64,000 nucleotides of DNA from Octopus vulgaris (taxonomy: Eukaryota). This document shows, piece by piece, positions 26,851 to 39,967 of this stretch. Position 1 is the first letter of the stretch, and the number at the start of each line of letters is the position of its first letter. Made by a program: the position numbers and the translations under genes. The notes under the pieces are model-generated. The model was given only the letters and a program-made list of their open reading frames with translations. It had not been told where the DNA came from and did no database searches. The stretch is from contig OX597820.1 in NCBI GenBank assembly GCA_951406725.2, positions 61,628,001-61,692,000 of the forward strand, written 5' to 3'.

Positions 26851-27592
26851 CTTTATTGTACATACAATATACTCAAACACTAGCAAATACATTGCAGGCT
26901 ATTTTGTGGACTGGATTTTCCTCCTTTATAAATAATCCACATTCTATCTCGCCAAAAAAGAATGCTGTACTTCTACACAATTTCTTAACATCAGACATAT
27001 AAGACAAAAGACAACTTGTCTCCAGCTAAAACTGATACTTGCGTTAACTTACCGTTTTCTCAAATTACTTGAGATTTATAACACGGAAAAGCTGTAAAAT
27101 AACAATTTAAGGATTAAATTCCCTAAAATACAAACAAAAAGGGGAGAAACAAAGAAAGTTAACTGCACATAACAATTAAAAATATGTTCAAATGAAAGAC
27201 AAAATAGTGATTAAATTGTTCTTGTAATGACGAAACGCCAAATAATGGACCGAGACACACAGACACACACACAGAAAGAGAGAAAAAAAGAGTAAAAGAG
27301 AGAGAAAAAGAGTAAAAGGGAGAGAGGTAGAGAGTGAGCGAGGGTTTGTGTTTTGTTTTTCTAAGAAGCATTTCTAATTTTATGGAAAGCGAGTTATTAA
27401 GCAGCACCAGACGTAAATAAGGATATTTTTGGTAACATTATTTAATAGAATGTGAGGCTGCCTATCAAAATTACTATAAACCTATCAATGTCAATATTTC
27501 CTCAATAAACGTCAGATTTGCGGGCAGTTTACGAGGAGCTTAAGAAATTGTATAAAAGTACCAAGATATATATATATATATATAATTCCATA

Positions 27593-27733
<141 letters not shown>

Positions 27734-27757
27734 TATATATATATATATACACACGCA

Positions 27758-27795
<38 letters not shown>

Positions 27796-27809
27796 TTAGA
27801 GGGAAGAGA

Positions 27810-27862
<53 letters not shown>

Positions 27863-28879
27863 ATGCCGAAGCACTTACCAAACTTCAGAGTTTGATAAGT
27901 GTATTTATTCGCATGAAGTTCTAGGCCCTTGAGTCACTGAAGCTCCTCGACTTATAAACTACATGTATGTATGTGTGTATGTATGTATGTATGTATGTAT
28001 GTATGTATGTATGTATGTATGTATGTATGTATGTATGCATGTATGTATGTATGTTTTGTGTGTGTGTGTTGCGTTTATGTGTGTTTATGTATGCACGTAT
28101 AATATGTGTGTATCTATATATATCTGCATATATGTATATGTGCATGTATGTATGTATGTATGTATGTATGTATGTATGTATGTATGTATGTATGTATGTA
28201 TACACGCACAATAGCGCTTGGCCCTTGAATCCTTGTAGTTCCTCAACTAACAAACTATACCTGCATATACCCACACATACACACACTCGCACACGCACAC
28301 ACACACACGCACACACACGTTCAGGCGCATGCATACAACTACTCTTTAATAAGTCAATGAACTTGATACGCGAAGCAGTATATATTGTCTGTAAATGAAA
28401 ACCGCACATACACGCGCATACGCACTCATACAAGTCCCTCCACCCACGTTATACACGCGCACACACACACATACACACACACATAAGCACACACCACATT
28501 CACGCACACACCACATTCACGCACACACCACATTCACGCACACACACACATACTCTCGTGAATAATCACATAGAGGAACAAATGTTTACATATCGTAGAA
28601 CAGGAATTGATTATCTTCATGAAGAAAGTATTTATATTTTGGAGATTTTATAATTTTTCTGCTGTGTTGTAACTAATCAATCCCAATTATATTCATTTCG
28701 GTTTGAATAATACAAGGGTTACCATACTTCTCTTACATAGTTTGTACCAAAAAGTTAACGACTGATCGTTAGTAAGAAGCTTTTAGACATAACCCACAGT
28801 ACAGCAAACTCATTAAGGTGAATCAAATAAGCTATCCGTCCAAAGATATTTCATGAAATAATTGTTGTTATTATTGTGG

Positions 28880-29220
28880 CTGTTTAACCCCAGGTCAAAC
28901 CAGAGAGAGCAGATTTATAACAAAGGTATTCCTGGTGTGATCATCCAGTTTTCTTTCTTTGTTTTCCAGGCATAATCACCCGATTGCAAGAACACCACGT
29001 CCAACCCATACTTAACTAGTGATGATAAGCAAAATGACAACCAAAATAGATAAGCTGGCCTGCAATGCCAGACTCATGGATTCATCTAGCAGTGGGACAA
29101 CAATAACTGAATAAAACAGAAGATAGTGATTTGAGACAACATTAACTAATTGCTATTTGTTACAGATCAAGTAACCACGTTGAGGTTCCTACATTATTTC
29201 ATGTTCTTTTGTTAGCTCGT
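28880..29220 (+). repeat. Ancient repeat family D
   Basis: TGTTTAACCCCAGGTCA..GAGCAGA..CAAAGGTATTCC and TTGCTATTTG..GTAACCACGT.GAGGTTCC motifs shared with 36755 and 57370. Confidence 0.55.
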
Positions 29221-29229
29221 ATGATTTAG

Positions 29230-29500
29230 TCTTCGCTGGCGAATTGGTAGAATGGTAAGAGTGTAAGAGAAAATCCCTTGTTGTATTTGATCTAGTTCTT
29301 TATTCTCCGAATCCTCACCCGACCGTAGTCAACTTTTTCTTTTTAAATTTTCTGAGTCGATAAAATAAAATATCAAGGATGGCCGTGTGGGTTAAGAAGT
29401 TTGCTTTGTGTCTGCGTGATTTTAGGTTCAGTCCGCCGCGCATACCTTTGGCAAGTGTCTTCAATAATAGGTGCGGGACGACCAATATAAATTTGGTACA
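29230..29500 (+). mobile_element. Degenerate SINE-B followed by degenerate SINE-A head
   Basis: GGCGAATTGGTAGAATGGTAAG..GAGTCGATAAAA then GGATGGCCGTGTGGGTTAAG..GGCAAGTGTCTTC. Confidence 0.6.
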
Positions 29501-29636
29501 TGAAATGAAGTGACACTCAATACATTTGGTAGGACTTACTTATGTCATTTACTGTCAGTTTGACAGTAACTGAGTTAGGTTCTTTTTACGAGCCTACAAA
29601 GCTTTAAGTTTTATGGAGCCGAATCAAACTGTTATT

Positions 29637-29667
<31 letters not shown>

Positions 29668-29724
29668 CTTTTACTCTTTTACTTGTTTCAGTCATTTGAC
29701 TGTGGCCATATATTATATATATAT

Positions 29725-29769
<45 letters not shown>

Positions 29770-31199
29770 TTCAAATTTGTGTGAATGTATATCGAATAAT
29801 ATATCAGTTGAATAAAGTTAAAACATGGTCTGGTTTTCAGGTTTCTTTATTATGGTATTTTAACATTAAAAGATATTTTGTAATGTTCATAAAGTTCAAT
29901 TAGCGCTTTCATACGTTTGTAGTAATCATCAGATTTCAAAATGTCTTTAACTGACATTTATTAAGGTGTTCAAACCTGTTCTGAACGGAAATAACAACAA
30001 TGATATAACAACTAGTTAATGATGTGGATTAAAAAATATCTTTAACATATGAATATAAACAAATTACAGAATATTGATACGCTCAGCAAACCGTGACGTT
30101 TAAGCTGCATGCGGATTGGTCAAAACCATATTCTAAAAATTCAGCCTGCTGGAGCGTCCTAAGAGGTACTACAGTTATCTAGAACTCAATTGTCAGTTAA
30201 ATACATTTTGAAATCTGATGATTACTACGAACTTATGAAAGCGCTAATTGAACTTTATGAACATTACAAAACGATTTGCAGTAAATGAGTTTTTTGGGTG
30301 GCAAACTTAATTTGCCACCCGATTTAGCACCATACCTAGTCTTTGGGTGCCTTGAGTGGACCTCTACTCTGCAGAAGCATTCTTTCCCAGTTTTTCCTTT
30401 TTGGTTTGAGGAATATTTTCTCTCTTTTCCTACAATCAGCACCTTTTTTCTTGAATTAACTGTAGAAAAAGGAGAAAAAACCAAGAGTTATGGCGTCTGC
30501 AGTTTTGTGATAAATGTAACTGCAAATCTAAAGAATGCCTGAGTAAAATACTCAGACGCACTCTGCATTATATTTCACAATTAATACATTTTAATTAAAA
30601 TTTCGGGGTGGTCGCCATGTTTAAAAAATTTTTTTATCAGAATCACTAATTTAAAAATTGATTGTTCTCATCACTAAAGGTGTAATATTAATTAATTAAT
30701 TTTTTTTAGTTTACTACATTAAATATTCTAGCGCTCACTAAGATATAAACACCAGACTTAATATTTTAAATAAAATATTCATTCATAATCAGCGCCCCTA
30801 CCAAAAAGCAAAAAAAAAAAAAAAAGAAATGGTTCTACACATGAAATTCAAGAATATATGCAGAAGTCTGCAGGGTATAGACACTCAACGTAAATGGTTT
30901 ATATACGTGTAAACAGTATATAAAACACGTATGTGCGTATATAAGAACATGAAATACACATGTATGTACAAACAAACATATTTGCACACATAAATCGACA
31001 AACATACAAACATACGCATGTATTTGTAGTATTCTAAATTGCTTTTAAGGCAAGTAACACACACACACACACATATATATGTAACTATATATGAATATAT
31101 ATATGCAAATATATATGTATATATATACACATATATATAAGTATATATATTATATATACATATGCATACACGCATATATACATTCAAATATATCTATGT

Positions 31200-31258
<59 letters not shown>

Positions 31259-31493
31259 CATATATATATATATATATATTTATATTTTCTATAACTGCAT
31301 ATATTTATATTTTCTATAACTGCAGACGAAAAGTTTCCGTATCATGTACGTCATCGGGTGCAAACGCTAGAAAATTGCATTAGTTTTTGTAGTTCATGCA
31401 AATAAAAATGAAGATTCCATTAAAATTGTATTGTTTCATTTTCAGAAGAGGGAATAAAGTAAATTGAAGTTGTATCGTTTGGCTTTCAGAAAG

Positions 31494-31682
<189 letters not shown>

Positions 31683-32044
31683 AAAGTAAAAATAATAATA
31701 AAAAGAATGAATAATATTTAATGCTTTTCCCACTAAAAAGATCTAAAGCAGCTGATTTGACGTTCGAATATTAAGAGATAATTTCTAGTTTAGCTTTGCC
31801 CTCCTGTTTCCAGCCAATTTTGCCATTCTATGTCTGTGTATATATATCCTAGAAGCGGTCAGGGCAATATATAATTGTGTATCTTTCGACATCTTTGTCT
31901 GGCAGTTAAAACATATACAATTTCAAACGCAATCTTTTTGCTTATCTAAACTACAAAAAAATAACGCAATTTTCTAGCATTACCACTGATCACATGCACG
32001 ATAGAGAAATGTAGAAATTATTAAATATTATTTTGGCGCTAGTA

Positions 32045-32199
32045 TGGCTACGAGGTGAAGAAGCTTACTTTCAAACCATGTGGTTTCGGGATCAGTCCCA
32101 CTGCGCGGTAACGAGGGCAAGCGTCTTCCACTGTAACCTCGGGCCGACTGATGCCTTTTGAGTGAGTGTGGCAGATGGAAACTGTGTGGAAGCCCGTTG

Positions 32200-32244
<45 letters not shown>

Positions 32245-32430
32245 GCTTGTGTTTGTCTCCCTCCACTTGACTATCGGTGTTGATTGATTTATGTCTCCGT
32301 AATCTAGTGGTTCGACAAAAAAGACACCGCTAGAATAGGTACCAAACTGAAAAAAAAAAAGAGTAATGTGGAGCCTTCAAGGCTGTGCCTGACCATGGCC
32401 GCTGTCCATTGATTGAAACAAATTAAAAGA
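32045..32430 (+). mobile_element. SINE family A (diverged)
   Basis: Collinear with the family but many substitutions. Confidence 0.8.
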
Positions 32431-32482
32431 AAAACATATATAAAAATTACATTGCCTTGTTTTTTATTATTTATTTGTAAAA

Positions 32483-33205
32483 AAGGCGGCGAGCCGGCAG
32501 AAATGTTAGCACCCCAGGCGAAATGCTTGCGGTACTTCTGAGTTCAAATTCCGCCGAGGTCGACTTTGCGTTTCATCTTTTCGGGTTCGACAAATTAAGT
32601 ACCAGTTACGAACTTGCGGTCGATGTAATCGACTTATTCCCTTTGTCCTTTACGTTCTGAGTTTCAATTCAGCCGAGGTCGACTTTGCCTTTTATCCTTT
32701 CGGGGTCGATGAATTAAGTACCAGTTGCGTACTGGGGTCAATCTAATCGACTGGCCCCTCCCCCAAAATCTCGAGCCTTGTACCTAGAGTAGAAAAGAAT
32801 CGTTAGCACGCCAGGCGAAATGCTTAGCAGTATTTCGTCTGCCGCGATGTTCTGAGTTCAAATTCTGCCTTTCATCCTTTCGGGGTAGATAAATTAAGTA
32901 CCAGTTGAACACTGGGCCTGATGTAATCGACACATCCCCTCCCCAAAAGTGGCTGTCCCTGTGGCAAAATTTCCAATCATCATTTACTTGTAAAAAAGGC
33001 GGTGGAATCGTAGTACGCTGGACGAAATACTTAGCGGTATTTTCGTCTGCCGCTACGTTCTGAGTTCAAATTCCGCCGAGGTCGACTTTGTCTTTCATCC
33101 TTTTGGGGGTCGATAAATTAAGTACTAGTAAAAAACTGGGATTGATGTAATCGACTAGTCCCCGCCCCTCAAATTCCAGAGCTTGTGCCTAGAGTAGAAA
33201 AGATT
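32483..33205 (+). mobile_element. SINE family B tandem cluster (4 core units)
   Basis: Four TTCTGAGTT..TCCTTT.GGGGT.GA..AATTAAGTAC cores; TTGTAAAAAAGGCGG precedes both the 32483 and ~32997 heads. Confidence 0.9.
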
Positions 33206-33243
33206 ATTTACTTTTTATTCTTATATTCATTTATTTGTTTCCC

Positions 33244-33700
<457 letters not shown>

Positions 33701-33881
33701 TTGTAAATAAATATGAAAATAGATTAGCCCCCTTTAATAAAACGAAGCACAAAATCTTGTTTTGTAAAGAAGGAAGTTCAGTCAAACTGCCAGTCATGAC
33801 TTAACTGCAGTCTCGACTCTAACTGGGGTAAATTTCCACTCTAAAATGCCAAGATAATAATATGAAGTTAATTGCCTGCTG

Positions 33882-34098
33882 AAGGCAGCGAGCTGGCAGA
33901 AACGTTAGCATGCCGGGCAAAAGCGCTTAGCTTCATTTCGGCCATCATTGCGTTCTGAGTTCAAATTCCGCCGAGGTCGATTTGATCTTTTATCCCTTCC
34001 GGAGTCGATAGAATAAGTACTGTTTGGACACTGGGGCCGATGAAATTGGCTTACCCCTCCTTGCAAATTGCTGGTCTTGTGCCAAGATATGAAACCAG
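33882..34098 (+). mobile_element. SINE family B monomer (older tail)
   Basis: GGCAGCGAGCTGGCAGAAACGTTAGC..TTGTGCCAAGATATGAAACC. Confidence 0.85.
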
Positions 34099-34449
34099 TT
34101 GTCTTCCTGCTTGCCTCTCAAGTATTTCCCACACACCACAACCACATTAAGAATGTTAAATTCGGCTGGAAATAAAAAGGTACACACACACACACACATA
34201 CACACAAGCGAAAATAAAATAAGAGAAATAACACAAAGTGGTCAGTGGCATTATTTGAACAACATACACAAAGACAAGTGTTTAATGGTATGCCGACTTT
34301 GGAGAATTCTTGAATCTCAAGAGTATTTTCCCTTCTCAAGTGGAGCTGCTCTTAATTGCCATTTGTAATTATCATAAACTCTCAGAGGTGGAGATAATTT
34401 TCATAAATCATAAATTTATATTGTAAGCCACTGATATATATATATATTT

Positions 34450-34647
34450 ATCTTTTGTTTGTTTTAGTCAGTATTGACTGCGGCCATGCTGGAGTACCGC
34501 CTTTAATCGAGTAAATCGACTCCAGGACTTATTCTTTTATAAGCCTAATACTTATTCTATTGGTGTCTTTTGCCCGCTAAGTTAAGGGGACGTAAACACA
34601 CCAGCATTGGTTGTGAAGTGATGTTGGGGGACAAACAGACGCACACA

Positions 34648-34650
<3 letters not shown>
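34450..34650 (-). mobile_element. SINE family A 3' half
   Basis: GACTGCGGCCATGCTGGAG..GGACGTAAACACACCAGCA..GGGGACAAACA. Confidence 0.85.
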
Positions 34651-34687
<37 letters not shown>

Positions 34688-34903
34688 ATTAATCATATCA
34701 AAGGGAAATGGAAATTAATTGAAATTTTCATTCCTAGTGGCCTAGCGTGTAAAAATTTAGTCCAGAGACTATGTATTAGTCATATGGCAAATAGCTTAGT
34801 ATAGAACTATATTTATAAATATATGTAAGTTCAAGGGAATTAGAAAGATAAGTAAAGCAGGAGTTACAGCGGTGAGTGTAAGTAAGCTAAGCTATTTGTC
34901 AGA

Positions 34904-35071
34904 GTCTTCTAATGAGTATATCGTGACCTTGCTTTCGCAGGGCTTTCAAAATTCGTGGCTATTCATCTACCTACACTAACATTGGATGCCTTTACATAAT
35001 AAAAAAATGTTACAGCACTAGTCATCTGAAACAGTTGTAAGGATAATTTTATATGAAACAGCTGTAAAGAC
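34904..35071 (+). ncRNA. Degenerate hammerhead with ~130-nt stem II insertion
   Basis: GTCTT-CTAATGA-GTATA..TATAT-GAAAC-AGCT-GTA-AAGAC; perfect 5-bp stem I; core G-to-A change. Confidence 0.55.
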
Positions 35072-35334
35072 AATTTTAAATGGATTTTTTTTCATATAGT
35101 TACATTCTGCACATCGTCTTTTATTTGTCTTGTATCTTTTCTACTTTCCTATCCAGCTTGATGAAAATGGCCCTTATAGCCGATTTTCTACTACGGCAAT
35201 ATCTACTTCAGATGAAGAAGCTTCGGATTTCCCCGAGCAGGACCAGATGACTATGTACACCACAGTTGCCTTCTCATTATATAATCCAGCTTATGTGTAC
35301 GTACATACATAGATAAATACGTAAAAACACACAC

Positions 35335-35407
<73 letters not shown>

Positions 35408-35509
35408 CATACATACATACACACATACGTGCACATGAACACACACACAAACACATGTAGACGCACATTGAAAAGTATGTGCGTATGTATGTATATATAT
35501 ATATATATA

Positions 35510-35860
35510 ATGAAAAAAGATGATAATGGTGATGATGATGATGACAGTGCTGCTGCTGGTGATGCTGATGCTGATGCTGATCTTGGTGATTATGATGACA
35601 AATTTGGTGCTGATGATGGTGATAATGATGAGGACGATGTCGTCAACGAAGAGGACAATGACACGTCGCCAACGACGACGACGTTGGCGGCGATGATAAG
35701 GAATTATGACGATGATAACGATGACGAAAATGGAAGCCATTGTGGTAGTGGTGGTGGTGGTGGTGGTGGTAGTAGTGGTGGTGGTGGTAGCGGTAAGGAT
35801 ATTTCTCAATTTGCTACAGCAGCTGCTGCAGTATTTGCTACTGCTGCTGCTGATAATGAA
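35510..35860. repeat. Degenerate trinucleotide tract (GAT/GCT/GAC/GGT)
   Basis: Directly visible; explains the D/G/A-rich ORF. Confidence 0.85.
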
Positions 35861-36291
35861 ACATTAAAATCCAACATGGCGGAAACCAGTAAAGTGCTGG
35901 GTCTTTCCGTTTAGTTTCCTGTCAAGATGGAGAAGAGGTTTTATTGTGTAGTAACGACCTCCATTGCCCCACCCTCCTCAGTGCCACCCACCACTGCGCC
36001 ACCCACCGCTTGGTGATTTCGTAAAGGATGTGTGATTACATCTTTCCGTTCTCAGTATCTGTGTATGTGTGTATTTGAACGGGTGTGCGTGAGTGTGTGT
36101 GTGTGTGATTCTTTCTATGCATGCATGTGTATCTGTGCGCGTGTATAAGTGTCTCAGATGTTTAGAAATGCGTATGATGGTGGTGACTGGTGTGCGTTTG
36201 TGTACGTGTGTATGTTTTGCTAGGTATGTGTGTGTCTGTGTCTTGGCATGTATATGTGTTTGTATGCCTATGTATAGTTTGACATTTTTGT

Positions 36292-36377
<86 letters not shown>

Positions 36378-36754
36378 TATATATATATATATATGTGTGT
36401 GTGTTGGTATTTGTGTTGGGGGTGCATTGAATTGAATACGTTCGCTCGTGTGGGGTGCGTATGTTTTATGAATGTGTATATGTGTTTCTGTAGATGCTGG
36501 TATTTCAGTAGCGTGTGTGTGTGTATGTGTCGGTGTATACGTAGCTATGGATATAACTATATCAAAGCATACAATGACTTGGTTATATTTGTGTGTCTGT
36601 TACGCAGGTGTTAATATGTTGATATATTAGCCTCTCTGTGTGTGTGTGTGCTTATATTTGTTTTCTTATATACGTAGCTCGGGGTGTTAATATATGGATG
36701 TGTTGGTATACCACAACTTGCGCGTGATCGTGTGATTGCTACTGCACTGTAACA

Positions 36755-36930
36755 CCAAGGAAGCTCTGATAGAGCAGACCTATTATCAAACGCGTTCCAG
36801 CCATGACATTGTTTTTCTCCTTTATCCAACGTGGTCACCTTAAAGATAGTGGTATCAGGATTGACTGAGATTTGTCGGCTTTTTCTTGTCGGTCGAGTAA
36901 TTACATAGAAACCACCTCTTGGGCTCGTGA
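36755..36930 (+). repeat. Ancient repeat family D
   Basis: CTGATAGAGCAGACCTATTATCAAACGCGTTCCAGCCATGAC..GGTCGAGTAATTACATAGA. Confidence 0.6.
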
Positions 36931-36982
36931 CAAAAAAAAAAAAGGCAATATTGGTTATTGACTAATATATTTATGAGGGGTA

Positions 36983-37566
36983 AGGCGGCGAGCTGGCAGA
37001 AACGTTAGCACGCCGGGCGAAATGCGTAGCCGTATTTCGTCTGCCGCTACGTTCTGAGTTCAAATTCCGCCGAGGTCGACTTTGTCTTTCATCCTTTCGG
37101 AGTCGATAAATTAAGTACCAGTTACGCACTGGGGTCGATATCAACTTAATCTGTTTGTCTGTCCTTGTTTGTCCTCTCTGTGTTTAGCCACTTGTGGGTA
37201 GTAAAGAAATAGAAATAGGTATTTCGTCTGTCGTTACGTTCTGAGTTCAAATTCTGCCGAGGTCGACTTTGTCTTTCATCCTTTCGGGGTCGATAAAATT
37301 AAGTACCAGTTACGCACTGAAGTCGATGTAATCAACTTAATCCCTTTGTCTGTCCTTGTTTGTTCCCTCTGTGTTTAGCCCCTTGTAGGTAGTAAAGAAA
37401 TAGGTATTTCGTCTGCCGCTACGTTCTGAGTTCAAATTCTGCCGAGTTCGACTTTGCCTTTCATCCTTTCGGGGTCGATAAATTAAGTACCAGTTACGGT
37501 CTGGGGTCGATTTAATCGACTGGCCCCTCCCCCCAAATTTCGGGCCTTGTGCCTAGAGTAGAAAAG
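36983..37566 (+). mobile_element. SINE family B trimer bounded by one 16-bp TSD
   Basis: Head+tail1 / headless+tail1 / headless+tail2; AATATATTTATGAGGG at 36964-36979 and 37567-37582. Confidence 0.93.
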
Positions 37567-37578
37567 AATATATTTATG

Positions 37579-37750
37579 AGGGCGCATGGCTTAGTGGATA
37601 TGGTGTTGCACTCACGATCGGTGGGTTGTGATTTCAATTCCTAGATCAGGCGGTGCGGTGTGCTCTTGAGCAAAACACTTCGTCTCGCGTTTCTTTGCGA
37701 TCATTTGTGTAGGTCGTTCGGCAAAAGCTGAATGCTCATGCGTCGTCTCC
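37579..37750 (+). mobile_element. Degenerate tRNA-derived SINE (additional family)
   Basis: GGGCGCATGGCTTAGTGG (A box)..GATTTCAATTCC (B-box-like)..GTGCTCTTGAGCAAAACACTT. Confidence 0.65.
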
Positions 37751-37891
37751 GATGGGACTGTCCATCATATATCGTAACGACATACTTATTTCTTGTCAAC
37801 ACTTTGGTTCTCCACACACTGAAGATATTATCACAAACTTAACTAAAACCACTAACTTATTGGCTGACAGCTGAAGGTGAGTCGGATGTAT

Positions 37892-38008
<117 letters not shown>

Positions 38009-38302
38009 TAAAGTGAGGGTGATATCAACTACTTGCATATTAATCGAACCCCTAAACCGCGACACGGGAATCTTCTCACTCAAACACTCCCGCAATGTTT
38101 TGAAACAAACCTACGTGAATCTATAAACAAATGAAACAGTTAAGTTATTGACACAAATGTTAGACATCTGAAGAATGTACTGCCTTCTTTCTTTCTTTCT
38201 TTCTTTCTTTCTTTTTCCTTTCTTTCCTTTTTCTTTCTTTCTTTCTCTCTCTTTCCCACTTTCCTATCTCTCCCTTTCTATTTATTTACCTTTCTCTTCC
38301 TT

Positions 38303-38339
<37 letters not shown>

Positions 38340-38697
38340 GGAGAGAGAGAGATGGATGGATAGAGATAAGCTGAGTTATATAGAGGAAATGCATAGCTAA
38401 AAGTCATAAAATAAAGCTCTGTGCTGCCTAAAGGTTCCTTTTGGGATAGATCTGCTGGGATAAATACCAATCTTTCTATAGAACGCTGGACTGTTTACTT
38501 CAGGGCATATACGTCCAAATAAATCCGCGCGCACACGCACACACACACACACACACACAGACACACATACGCATACTTACACGTGCGCAAATACATAAAA
38601 CGCCACACACAAATACAAGCACTCACAAACACGCGCATCTATTTATGGTCATTAAAATACACAAACACATCCAAATACGCAAAGACATTCTCAGCCC

Positions 38698-38761
<64 letters not shown>

Positions 38762-38844
38762 CATATACAATTGTAGCTAATTTATCATCACATGACCCTT
38801 GCTATTATTCTCTTCTGCCACTCCATATATTTCTTTCATTCTCT

Positions 38845-38995
38845 AGTTCTGATGAAATATTTGCTAAAAATTATAATGGAATATCCCGTATGTTGAAAAC
38901 CTATATTTTACATCCGAAGATGGCGGTGTAGTTCATATTGATGTAAATGCTTGCATTGTTCGATTAAAAAGAGGCACATGAAACAGCCGTAATGA
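38845..38995 (+). ncRNA. Degenerate hammerhead-like motif (Penelope relic)
   Basis: CTGATGA (38850)..~125 nt..GAAAC-AGCC-GTA; stems poorly paired. Confidence 0.35.
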
Positions 38996-39324
38996 ATTAA
39001 TACCTTGACATTCTTGTTACTTATTTGCTTTTTATACACATACATATATGTACATATTCAAATGTACATATCATACACAATCATATTTATACACGCGCAC
39101 ACACATGCTCATTCAAATACAAAGACAAATATACACCAGAAACACTTAAATACACACATATGCATACACATATATATGTTTTATACGCAACATACACTGA
39201 GGAGTTCCTGAGGTAGATCCAGCATCAATTGTGTAATTATCGTGGATGACTTCAGGTAGCCATAGACGGTGAACGTGCTTTGCCGGCGTACTACTAGGAA
39301 CATACCTAACACCTAAATATTCTT

Positions 39325-39967
39325 TTCTACTCTAGGCACAAAGTCCAAAATTTTTGGGGAGGGCGTCAGTCGATTAGATAGACCCCCCAGTACGCAACTG
39401 GTACTTAATTTATCGACACCGAAAATATGAAAGGTAAAGTCGACCTCAGCGTAATTTGGACTCAGAACGTAAAGATAGACGAAATACCGTTAAGCATTTT
39501 GCCCTGCGTGCTAACATTTCTGCCAGCTCACCGTCTCCCAACACCTAAATATTTATTTCTTTATTGCCCATAGGAGCTAAACCTAGAGGGGACAAACAAG
39601 GACAGACAAAGGGGTTAAGTCGATTACATCGACCTCAGTGCGTAACTGGTACTTGTTTAATCGACCCCGAAAGGATGAAAGGTAAAGTCGACCTCGGCGG
39701 AATTTGTACTCAGAACGTAGCGGCAGACGAAATACTATTTCTTTACTGCCCACAAGGGGCTACACACAAAGGGGACGAACAAGGACAGACAAACGGATTA
39801 AGTCGATTATATCGACCCCAGTGTGCAACTGGTACTTATTTAATCGACCCCGAAAGGATGAAAGGCAAAGTTGACCTCGGCGGAATTTGAGCTCAGAACT
39901 TAACGGCAGACGAAATACGGCTACGCATTTCGCCCGGCGTGCTAACGTTTCTGCCAGCTCGCCGCCC
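39325..39967 (-). mobile_element. SINE family B dimer (tail 1) plus adjacent monomer (tail 2)
   Basis: Three cores; AAC(A/T)CCTAAATATT occurs three times (~39309, ~39540, ~39971) as serial TSDs. Confidence 0.92.

Noticed and set aside
30215-30250. Hammerhead at CTGATGA..TGAAAG
   Set aside because: No stem I/II/III pairing and no GAAAC..NUH geometry.
35429-35914. 161-aa D/G/A-rich ORF as a host exon
   Set aside because: Degenerate trinucleotide tract starting in a TA/TG microsatellite; no convincing splice sites or domain.
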